Positions 1-11,227 of a stretch of DNA of 60,000 nt are shown piece by piece (positions within the stretch are counted from its first letter, which is position 1; the number at the start of each line of letters is the position of its first letter). Under the pieces are notes generated by a model. The model was not told where the DNA came from. It did not search any database and was given only the letters and a program-made list of their open reading frames with translations. The stretch is taken from assembly GCA_051294905.1 (NCBI GenBank), contig CM119372.1, positions 7,504,001-7,564,000 on the forward strand, written 5' to 3'. This DNA is from Botryllus schlosseri. Taxonomy: Eukaryota. The translations under genes and the position numbers were made by a program.

Positions 1-3000
1 CTAGATTCCAGATCGCCCTGCTTAATTACAAACACGATGACCAAGTTACGTATATTGCGCTGTCGGGCATTATTCGCCGCCATTTTAGTGTATGGCAAAT
101 TCCACATTCAAGGCCGGATTTAAAAGTGTACCTCACCTACAATTCAGATAATTAACACATCATCGGAAAGAGCGTTCAAATTACTTTATTTAAAATCCAT
201 TTCTATATTCCAGATCGTCCTGCTTAATTACGAACACGAGGACCAAGGCTACGTTATATTGCGCTGTCTGGCATTGTTGGCCGCCATTTCAATGTATGGC
301 AAATTCCACATTCAAGGCCGGATTTAAAAGTGTACCTCACCTACAATTCAGATAATTAACACATCATCGGAAAGAGCTTTCAAATTACTTTATTTAAAAT
401 CCATTTCTAGATTCCAGATCGTCCTGCTTAATTACGAACACGAGGACCAAGGCTACGTTATATTGCGCTGTCGGGCAATGTTGGCCGCCATTTCAATGTA
501 TGGAAAATTCCACATTCAAGGCCGGATTTAAAAGTGTACCTCACCTACAATTCAGATAATTAACACATCATCGGAAAGAGCGTTCAAATTACTTTATTTA
601 AAATCCATTTCTATATTCCAGATCGTCCTGCTTAATTACAAACACGAGGACCAAGGCTACGTTATATTGCGCTGTCGGGCATTGTTGACCGCCATTTCAA
701 TGTATGGCAAATTCCACATTCAAGGCCGGATTTAAAAGTGTACCTCACCTACAATTCAGATAATTAACACATCATCGGAAAGAGCGTTCAAATTACTTTA
801 TTTAAAATCCATTTCTATATTCCAGATCGTCCTGCTTAATTACGAACACGAGGACCAAGGCTACGTTATATTGCGCTGTCGGGCAGTGTTGGCCGCCATT
901 TCAATGTATGGCAAATTCCACATTCAAGGCCGGATTTAAAAGTGTACCTCACCTACAATTCAGATAATTAACACATCATCGGAAAGAGCGTTCAAATGAC
1001 TTTATTTAAAATCCATTTCTATATTCCAGATCGTCCTGCTTAATTACGAACACGAGGACCAAGGCTACGTTATATTGCGCTGTCGGGCATTGTTGGCCGC
1101 CATTTCAATGTATGGCAAATTCCACATTCAAGGCCGGATTTAAAAGTGTACCTCACCTACAATTCAGATAATTAACACATCATCGGAAAGAGCGTTCAAA
1201 TTACTTTATTTAAAATCCATTTCTATATTCCAGATCGCCCTGCTTAATTACGAACACGATGACCAAGTTACGTATATTGCGCTGTCGGGCATTATTCGCC
1301 GCCATTTCAATGTATGGCAAATTCCACATTCAAGGCCGGATTTAAAAGTGTACCTCACCTACAATTCAGATAATTAACACATCATCGGAAAGACCGTTCA
1401 AATTACTTTATTTAAAATCCATTTCTATATTCCAGATCGTCCTGCTTAATTACGAACACGAGGACCAAGGCTACGTTATATTGCGCTGTCGGGCATTGTT
1501 GACCGCCATTTCAATGTATGGCAAATTCCACATTCAAGGCCGGATTTAAAAGTGTACCTCACCTACAATTCAGATAATTAACACATCATCGGAAAGAGCG
1601 TTCAAATTACTTTATTTAAAATCCATTTCTATATTCCAGATCGTCCTGCTTAATTACGAACACGAGGACCAAGGCTACGTTATATTGCGCTGTCGGGCAG
1701 TGTTGGCCGCCATTTCAATGTATGGCAAATTCCACATTCAAGGCCGGATTTAAAAGTGTACCTCACCTACAATTCAGATAATTAACACATCATCGGAAAG
1801 AGCGTTCAAATGACTTTATTTAAAATCCATTTCTATATTCCAGATCGTCCTGCTTAATTACGAACACGAGGACCAAGGCTACGTTATATTGCGCTGTCGG
1901 GCATTGTTGGCCGCCATTTCAATGTATGGCAAATTCCACATTCAAGGCCGGATTTAAAAGTGTACCTCACCTACAATTCAGATAATTAACACATCATCGG
2001 AAAGAGCGTTCAAATTACTTTATTTAAAATCCATTTCTATATTCCAGATCGCCCTGCTTAATTACGAACACGATGACCAAGTTACGTATATTGCGCTGTC
2101 GGGCATTATTCGCCGCCATTTCAATGTATGGCAAATTCCACATTCAAGGCCGGATTTAAAAGTGTACCTCACCTACAATTCAGATAATTAACACATCATC
2201 GGAAAGACCGTTCAAATTACTTTATTTAAAATCCATTTCTATATTCCAGATCGTCCTGCTTAATTACAAACACGAGGACCAAGGCTACGTTATATTGCGC
2301 TGTCGGGCAATGTTGGCCGCCATTTCAATGTATGGCAAATTCCACATTCAAGGCCGGATTTAAAAGTGTACCTCACCTACAATTCAGATAATTAACACAT
2401 CATCGGAAAGAGCGTTCAAATTACTTTATTTAAAATCCATTTCTAGATTCCAGATCGTCCTGCTTAATTACGAACACGAGGACCAAGGCTACGTTATATT
2501 GCGCTGTCGGGCAGTGTTGGCCGCCATTTCAATGTATGGCAAATTCCACATTCAAGGCCGGATTTAAAAGTGTACCTCACCTACAATTCAGATAATTAAC
2601 ACATCATCGGAAAGAGCGTTCAAATGACTTTATTTAAAATCCATTTCTATATTCCAGATCGTCCTGCTTAATTACGAACACGAGGACCAAGGCTACGTTA
2701 TATTGCGCTGTCGGGCATTGTTGGCCGCCATTTCAATGTATGGCAAATTCCACATTCAAGGCCGGATTTAAAAGTGTACCTCACCTACAATTCAGATAAT
2801 TAACACATCATCGGAAAGAGCGTTCAAATTACTTTATTTAAAATCCATTTCTATATTCCAGATCGCCCTGCTTAATTACGAACACGATGACCAAGTTACG
2901 TATATTGCGCTGTCGGGCATTATTCGCCGCCATTTCAATGTATGGCAAATTCCACATTCAAGGCCGGATTTAAAAGTGTACCTCACCTACAATTCAGATA

Positions 3001-3690
3001 ATTAACACATCATCGGAAAGACCGTTCAAATTACTTTATTTAAAATCCATTTCTATATTCCAGATCGTCCTGCTTAATTACGAACACGAGGACCAAGGCT
3101 ACGTTATATTGCGCTGTCGGGCAATGTTGGCCGCCATTTCAATGTATGGCAAATTCCACATTCAAGGCCGGATTTAAAAGTGTACCTCACCTACAATTCA
3201 GATAATTAACACATCATCGGAAAGAGCGTTCAAATGACTTTATTTAAAATCCATTTCTATATTCCAGATCGTCCTGCTTAATTACGAACACGAGGACCAA
3301 GGCTACGTTATATTGCGCTGTCGGGCATTGTTGGCCGCCATTTCAATGTATGGCAAATTCCACATTCAAGGCCGGATTTAAAAGTGTACCTCACCTACAA
3401 TTCAGATAATTAACACATCATCGGAAAGAGCTTTCAAATTACTTTATTTAAAATCCATTTCTAGATTCCAGATCGCCCTGCTTAATTACGAACACGATGA
3501 CCAAGTTACGTATATTGCGCTGTCGGGCATTGTTGGCCGCCATTTCAATGTATGGCAAATTCCACATTCAAGGCCGGATTTGAAAGTGTACCTCACCTAC
3601 AATTCAGATAATTAACACATCATCGAAAAGAGCTTTCAAATTACTTTAAATCAAATCCATTTTTAGATTCCAGATCTTCCCGACTAATTA
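1..3690 (+). repeat. Tandem satellite array of ~18 copies of a 202/204-bp unit; left arm of a Foldback-like element, continuing beyond the window start
   Basis: Unit starts (ctagattcc/ctatattcc) at 1, 203, 407, 611, 815, 1019, 1223 ... 3461. Variant A is 202 bp (cgccctg, gaccaagttacg, attattcg) and variant B is 204 bp (cgtcctg, gaccaaggctacgt, gttggccg). The array degenerates at ~3645-3690. Confidence 0.98.
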
Positions 3691-5029
3691 CAAATAGAAT
3701 AGGATAATTCATTTTCCGTATTATTCCGCTATTGTACAGTGCATGCTGCGTGTTTTTGATGACTCAATTTTCAAGAATTATGATTGTCGGTATCCCTTTC
3801 ATCTGATGTCAGTTATTCTCCGCTGGCAGCAGGATACTTTGCTAGCTGTGTGAACTATCAATGGGACTACCGGTCATCCACCAAAGTTTCCCTATATTTA
3901 CGCACTATTGTTATTTCGAGATATGCCCCTAAGTGGCCCCGGCTCTGATAAAATCTGACCCTTTTCGGCAATTTGTTCGGGCAATTCCGCTATATGCATC
4001 CCACATTCTGATAGGCGTGACTGCGATGTATAGGCGGATGGTGTATCTTCGCGTGAGATTGCAAATAGTACAGCAAGTCGCCTTCGTCGAATTCAAGGAG
4101 ACTTTTGCAGGATTGGTGAATTGTAGGCATCTATATTGAGACATTATAGTTGAGGTTTTAGAAAGTTTGTAGTTCTAGTTCTAGTTCTAGTTGCGCTTTT
4201 CGAAAATCCAGTATAGTTTGTACAAGTCTGCGCATTGCTATTTATCGCGTATTGCGAGTGATCTATATTCCATCGTGTCTAATGAAAATGAATGTTTCTA
4301 TTTCTGGATGAGTGAATTTAAATTGGGGATAAGCAGATTAGTAGTGTTTTCATACCGTTACACCGGAGTAATCGTTTTCGCTGTGCAATGCGGATATAGG
4401 CGTGCCAGGGTTTGGACCACGATAAATTATTATATATTTCCAGTCTTCTCCCTATAAGAAAATATGTCCAATCTACATCATACATAAAACATACGATTAG
4501 GATGTGAATATTAAACTTTGACAATAGGTAGGTTATAAGACGTTAGGATGATGTGAACGAGAGGTTAGCGTTCGGGTTCTGTGTGTGCCTTGCAAGTTCA
4601 CAATCTGAGCAATTCATTTTTCGATAATATAACAGAATTTCGATAATATAATAAGAAATTACCTCGCGGGCCACTCAAAGCTGCGGGTTGGCCACCCCTG
4701 ATATAGACAGACCCATTCGATAGTTTTCAGAGCCGGAGCAGTGGTAATAATGCGGAACTTTTCAAATAGGTTTGCGTTCACACGAACCTGAAGATTTCAG
4801 GGGTTCGCACCATTCGTTATATGTCAGATCTCCATATTCCATCAGACAATATTTCCCTATACTAACGTTATGATTTCTATAATTGAAGTTCGCAAAATAG
4901 CAACAACTTAATACCCTCAAAATGGCCACGATGTGATAAAACGTGAACTCCCCCGTAGAGGTTTTGTTCTTTTGTCTATAATTTCAGGTACCTCTGATTA
5001 TGCGTATATAATACTAATGCATATTTAAT

Positions 5030-7546
5030 ATGACTAAACGGAAACTAGACAAGAAGTCAATCGCATTTTCTTTGGCAATTTCTCTGGATGACATTCCTGG
5101 ACCACATTCGACCCCTAAGCATTCAGAAATAGTAAGGTCGTGGAAAAGACGTAGGAGAGCTGCGTCTGCAAAGAATATAGAGATTGTCCGATGTCTGTGG
5201 AGGAATAGCTCCGAATTCAGGGCCAATGTGATTACGTTCTTCCGCCAACATCATGAATTAAACACCGACAACTCTATTTCTTCGAATGAGTCACCTGAAG
5301 TTCGGGGAGCAGAGAGAAATTCAGAGCTGACGTCGGGTGTGATGCAAAAGACACCCATACAAACACAATTTACGGACAATGATTCGAAATACGATGAAGT
5401 CATGGAACCTGTTTTTTTTTATTGCAAGCGACCGTATAATGGAGAGTTTATGGTGCAATGCAATGATTGCAAATTGTGGTTTCATCCTGCATGCGCTTTC
5501 CCATCGGACAGTAAAGAAAGCAAATTTGATCGTAATAAATGGCGTATAACGTCTTTAGCTTGTGGACGTGGTAAAGACCATAACACCGGCAAAAAAAATC
5601 GCCGGGTTTACACTCACGCACCGCAGCGCACTGAAAATCCGAATGTCGACAAGGAGTTATTTCCCCCCAAGTCTCCTAACGGTGCAGGGGTCACAGAAAT
5701 AGATGGAATGTTAAATCCTTCAGATGATGCTTCTCGGAATCCTAATGTCACTGAAAATGACGCCATGGAAAAAGATGGAATATTGGATTTTTCATATGAT
5801 GCTTCCCTGAATCGCAATATCACCGAAGATGATATCACAGAAAATGGTGGAATATTAAATCAATCCGATGATGCTTCTCTGAATCCTAATGTCACTGAAG
5901 ATGATGCCACGGAAAAAGATCGAATATTGCATTCTTCATATGATGCTTCCCCGAATCGCAATATCACCGAAGATGATATCACAGAAAATGGTGGAATATT
6001 AAATCAATCTGATGACGCTTCTCTGAATCCTAACGTGACTGAAGATGATGTCACCGAAAAAGATGGAATATTGGATCCTTCATATGATACTTCCCTGAAT
6101 AGTAATGTCTCTGAAGATGATATCACAGAACAAGACGCATCTGATCATACAAAATCGTTTCCAGATTCCCGGATGACGTCGAATTCTAAACCAGTCGCGC
6201 ACAGCGAAATTAATGAAGCATGGGTGAGTGATTCCGCAATCGAATCGATTGGAAGAATGACATCGAAGATATCGGACAAGATCGAAGAACCTGATGAGGT
6301 GAACTTACGAATGTCAACTTCAATCACCGTACAAGAATGGGAAAGGGCCATTAAAAATCGCGGCCAACATCATTTTGACAATAATTCTCCGCACAGAACG
6401 ACACTTATACGGGCTCTTCGGCAAGTTTATGATTCATGTGTGCCTATGATAAAAAGTAATTATTTGCGTGCTCCATACAAAGTGACAGAGATTATAACGG
6501 AATCTGAGCGATATTACGAAGGCAATGTCATACTGTACTGCGGTCATAAAACATGTTGCGAATGTACGGTCACTATCCATGCGCAATTTTACAGTATGGT
6601 GAATTCGACGCAAATCGACTTTCTTATAACTGGAGACAGGCATCATCGTCACGAATGCACTAAATCAAAAAGAGTTAAAGGCGAACAGCGGCTGAAACTG
6701 AAAGAGGAGCTTAATTACAAAACCCCGACTCAAGTGCATCGGGATTTATTTGATACATTGTCAGAAAATGAACGGTTTTTTGGTTCACATACATTTGCAC
6801 CTTCGACTGACGTTTTGAAAGACATCAAAAGAGATGGTTGTCCAGTGGTAAAATATTCTAAAAACTGGCTATTCTGCATGGATAAATTGGTGAAAATTTT
6901 CACGAATGAGAAGAAAACTAATTTTCTGCGTGCGTGGTCCGCGAATCCCCCAACCGTAACTATGTACAATGATGGGCAAATAAATATCTATAAAGAGTTG
7001 TGTCGCGTGGACTTCCTTTTCATCGATGGCTCAGGAGGTGTTGTGCGCAGCAGTAAGGGCTTTGAAAATTTCCAAATCTATGTGCTTTTTGTACGAAACC
7101 CAAGAAAGGGTCGGCCGGGAATGCCGGTGGCAAGCTTTCTCACAAGCAAGCATGACGCAATAACAATAGGAAACTTTCTGCGAGACTTCATACGCGATTC
7201 TTCGGGTAGAGAGCGATCCACGAAACCTCTCATCATTGTGATTGACGGTAGTAAAGCCGTATGGAATGCAGTTTTGGATGCGTTTAACAGAGAAAATAGA
7301 CTTCAGTATTATTACCGATGCCATCGCATTGTAACTGGCAATGCTGCGCAAAATGACATGGAAAAGACATTCGTAATAAATTGCTTCAGTCACAGCATGA
7401 AAGCTGCATCCATCCTGTGTCGCAAGTACAACAAAAAGGGATTTGTTGCCACTGCAATGTTTTGGATCGGTCTGTTACTGTCGCAAGATATGCTATCAAA
7501 AATGGACGATTTGAACGCTCTTTCCGATGATGTGTTAATTATCTGA
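5030..7546 (+). pseudogene. PHD-finger-containing MULE/NOF-like DDE transposase, C-terminally truncated
   Basis: 838-aa ORF with a PHD-like motif (YCKRPYNGEFMVQCNDCKLWFHPAC), a WRKY/GCM1-like C-x-C...HxH segment (CGHKTCCECTV...HHRH), first catalytic D (FIDGSG), PVASFLTSKH, second D (IVIDGS), AVLDAFN and the MULE CxxH motif (CFSH). The last ~12 codons are read from the satellite, and the third catalytic (E) region is absent. Confidence 0.8.
5702..6134 (+). repeat. In-frame 72-bp (24-aa) acidic tandem repeat, 6 copies, alternating in 48-aa pairs
   Basis: DGMLNPSDDASRNPNVTENDAMEK / DGILDFSYDASLNRNITEDDITEN / GGILNQSDDASLNPNVTEDDATEK / DRILHSSYDASPNRNITEDDITEN / GGILNQSDDASLNPNVTEDDVTEK / DGILDPSYDTSLNSNVSEDDITEQ. 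Confidence 0.95.
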
Positions 7547-10500
7547 ATTGTAGGTGAGGTACACTTTTAAATCCGGCCTTGAATGTGGAATTTGCCATAC
7601 ACTAAAATGGCGGCGAATAATGCCCGACAGCGCAATATAACGTAGCCTTGGTCCTCGTGTTCGTAATTAAGCAGGACGATCTGGAATATTGAAATGGATT
7701 TTAAATAAAGTAATTTGAAAGCTCTTTCCGATGATGTGTTAATTATCTGAATTGTAGGTGAGGTACACTTTTAAATCCGGCCTTGAATGTGGAATTTGCC
7801 ATACATTGAAATGGCGGCCAACATTGCTCGACAGCGCAATATAACGTAGCCTTGGTCCTCGTGTTCGTAATTAAGCAGGACGATCTGGAATCTAGAAATG
7901 GATTTTAAATAAAGTAATTTGAAAGCTCTTTCCGATGATGTGTTAATTATCTGAATTGTAGGTGAGGTACACTTTTAAATCCGGCCTTGAATGTGGAATT
8001 TGCCATACTCTGAAATGGCGGCGAATAATGCCCGACAGCGCAATATACGTAGCTTGGTCATCGTGTTCGTAATTAAGCAGGGCGATCTGGAATCTAGAAT
8101 TGGATTTTAAATAAAGTAATTTGAAAGCTCTTTCCGATGGTGTGTTAATTATCTGAATTGTAGGTGAGGTACACTTTTAAATCCGGCCTTGAATGTGGAA
8201 TTTGCCATACATTGAAATGGCGGCCAACATTGCTCGACAGCGCAATATAACGTAGCCTTGGTCCTCGTGTTCGTAATTAAGCAGGACGATCTGGAATCTA
8301 GAAATGGATTTTAAATAAAGTAATTTGAAAGCTCTTTCCGATGATGTGTTAATTATCTGAATTGTAGGTGAGGTACACTTTTAAATCCGGCCTTGAATGT
8401 GGAATTTGCCATACTCTGAAATGGCGGCGAATAATGCCCGACAGCGCAATATACGTAGCTTGGTCATCGTGTTCGTAATTAAGCAGGGCGATCTGGAATC
8501 TAGAATTGGATTTTAAATAAAGTAATTTGAAAGCTCTTTCCGATGATGTGTTAATTATCTGAATTGTAGGTGAGGTACACTTTTAAATCCGGCCTTGAAT
8601 GTGGAATTTGCCATACACTAAAATGGCGGCGAATAATGCCCGACAGCGCAATATACGTAACTTGGTCATCGTGTTCGTAATTAAGCAGGGCGATCTGGAA
8701 TCTAGAAATGGATTTTAAATAAAGTAATTTGAACGCTCTTTCCGATGATGTGTTAATTATCTGAATTGTAGGTGAGGTACACTTTTAAATCCGGCCTTGA
8801 ATGTGGAATTTGCCATACATTGAAATGGCGGCCAACAATGCCCGACAGCGCAATATAACGTAGCCTTGGTCCTCGTGTTCGTAATTAAGCAGGACGATCT
8901 GGAATATAGAAATTGATTTTAAATAAAGTAATTTGAACGCTCTTTCCGATGATGTGTTAATTATCTGAATTGTAGGTGTGGTACACTTTTGAATCCGGCC
9001 ATGAATGTGGAATTTGCCATACATTGAAATGGCGGCGAATAATGCCCGACAGCGCAATATACGTAACTTGGTCATCGTGTTCGTAATTAAGCAGGGCGAT
9101 CTGGAATATAGAAATGGATCTTAAATAAAGTAATTTGAACGCTCTTTCCGATGATGTGTTAATTATCTGAATTGTAGGTGAGGTACACTTTTAAATCCGG
9201 CCTTGAATGTGGAATTTGCCATACATTGAAATGGCGGCCAACAATGCCCGACAGCGCAATATAACGTAGCCTTGGTCCTCGTGTTCGTAATTAAGCAGGA
9301 CGATCTGGAATATAGAAATGGATTTTAAATAAAGTCATTTGAACGCTCTTTCCGATGATGTGTTAATTATCTGAATTGTAGGTGAGGTACACTTTTAAAT
9401 CCGGCTTTGAATGTGGAATTTTCCATACATTGAAATGGCGGCCAACATTGCCCGACAGCGCAATATAACGTAGCCTTGGTCCTCGTGTTCGTAATTAAGC
9501 AGGACGATCTGGAATCTAGAAATGGATTTTAAATAAAGTAATTTGAAAGCTCTTTCCGATGATGTGTTAATTATCTGAATTGTAGGTGAGGTACACTTTT
9601 AAATCCGGCCTTGAATGTGGAATTTGCCATACACTAAAATGGCGGCGAATAATGCCCGACAGCGCAATATACGTAACTTGGTCATCGTGTTCGTAATTAA
9701 GCAGGGCGATCTGGAATCTAGAATTGGATTTTAAATAAAGTAATTTGAAAGCTCTTTCCGATGGTGTGTTAATTATCTGAATTGTAGGTGAGGTACACTT
9801 TTAAATCCGGCCTTGAATGTGGAATTTGCCATACATTGAAATGGCGGCCAACATTGCCCGACAGCGCAATATAACGTAGCCTTGGTCCTCGTGTTCGTAA
9901 TTAAGCAGGACGATCTGGAATCTAGAAATGGATTTTAAATAAAGTAATTTGAAAGCTCTTTCCGATGATGTGTTAATTATCTGAATTGTAGGTGAGGTAC
10001 ACTTTTAAATCCGGCCTTGAATGTGGAATTTGCCATACACTAAAATGGCGGCGAATAATGCCCGACAGCGCAATATACGTAACTTGGTCATCGTGTTCGT
10101 AATTAAGCTGGGCGATCTGGAATCTAGAATTGGATTTTAAATAAAGTAATTTGAAAGCTCTTTCCGATGATGTGTTAATTATCTGAATTGTAGGTGAGGT
10201 ACACTTTTAAATCCGGCCTTGAATGTGGAATTTGCCATACACTAAAATGGCGGCGAATAATGCCCGACAGCGCAATATACGTAACTTGGTCATCGTGTTC
10301 GTAATTAAGCAGGGCGATCTGGAATCTAGAAATGGATTTTAAATAAAGTAATTTGAACGCTCTTTCCGATGATGTGTTAATTATCTGAATTGTAGGTGAG
10401 GTACACTTTTAAATCCGGCCTTGAATGTGGAATTTGCCATACATTGAAATGGCGGCCAACAATGCCCGACAGCGCAATATAACGTAGCCTTGGTCCTCGT

Positions 10501-10600
10501 GTTCGTAATTAAGCAGGACGATCTGGAATCTAGAAATTGATTTTAAATAAACTAATTTGATGTGTTAATTATCTGAATTGTAGGTGAGGTACACTTTCGT
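7510..10600 (-). repeat. Same 202/204-bp satellite in inverted orientation, ~15 copies; right arm
   Basis: Reverse complement of the left-arm unit (ttgaacgctctttccgatgatgtgttaattatctgaattgtaggtgaggtac...). It starts abruptly mid-unit at ~7510 and decays into unique sequence at ~10598. Confidence 0.98.
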
Positions 10601-10785
10601 ATCCAGCGTGAAATATGATATTTGCCGTGCATCGGTTGAGGGTTAATATTCTGCGTTCGCGAAAATAGTGTTTCACGTGATCACAAATATTCCGCCGAAA
10701 TTCCGCCAGGACCACTTCAGTGCCCTTGACTTCATCAATCATTAGAGCATTGAGCAGCAGCTGTCATTGTAATTTCGACTTCGGG

Positions 10786-10902
10786 TTATTAGCAATGTTT
10801 ATCAGTTCAATACACCACAAAATTGCGATACAATGAAAAGATAGGAAGGTGTCGAAACGACTTGGAGTAGTCTTTGGAATCAGACACCCACCTTGGCCTA
10901 TG
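10786..10902 (-). mobile_element. LINE 3'-tail fragment (family of 32848-34180)
   Basis: Near reverse complement of 34040-34160 (tatcagttcaatacaccacaaaattgcgatacaatgaaaagataggaaggtgtcgaaacga...atcagacacccaccttggccta). Confidence 0.9.
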
Positions 10903-11227
10903 ATAGAATATGTTACCGAATAACAGTACGCACGGTACCATACTCATACTGTAGCATATCTATTAGCACCCAGTCAAGCAACTATAAAACTCGGATACTC
11001 CTTGTTGAAGATAATGATTTCATATCTTTATTAGTATTTCTGTGTCATACTCATTACACAACCACATGGCATCCCAGGGTATAATATTGTCACTTTTCCA
11101 CAAACGAAGTAATGAAGAACAGCAAATCCACCGCTCATATTGCTATGTAACCTTTTCAAGTTATGACTTATGATCATCACCTACACACTTCCGATATATT
11201 ACCAGATACACCAATATGATATTTACA

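Larger units (their letters stand above)
1..10725. mobile_element. Foldback (FB-NOF-like) Mutator-superfamily DNA transposon, internally deleted; left end outside the window
   Basis: Multi-kb inverted arms of tandem repeats flank a MULE/NOF-like transposase ORF. Candidate right terminus is ...ccaggaccacttcagtgccc at ~10725. The TSD cannot be checked because the left end is not in the window. Confidence 0.75.

Noticed and set aside
1..3690. CRISPR array or repeat-plus-nuclease defence system
   Set aside because: Units are contiguous ~203-bp near-identical monomers with no unique spacers, there are no cas genes, and the context is eukaryotic.
8785..9075. 96-aa ORF inside the satellite
   Set aside because: It arises from a single substitution removing the stop present in the other monomers; not a gene.
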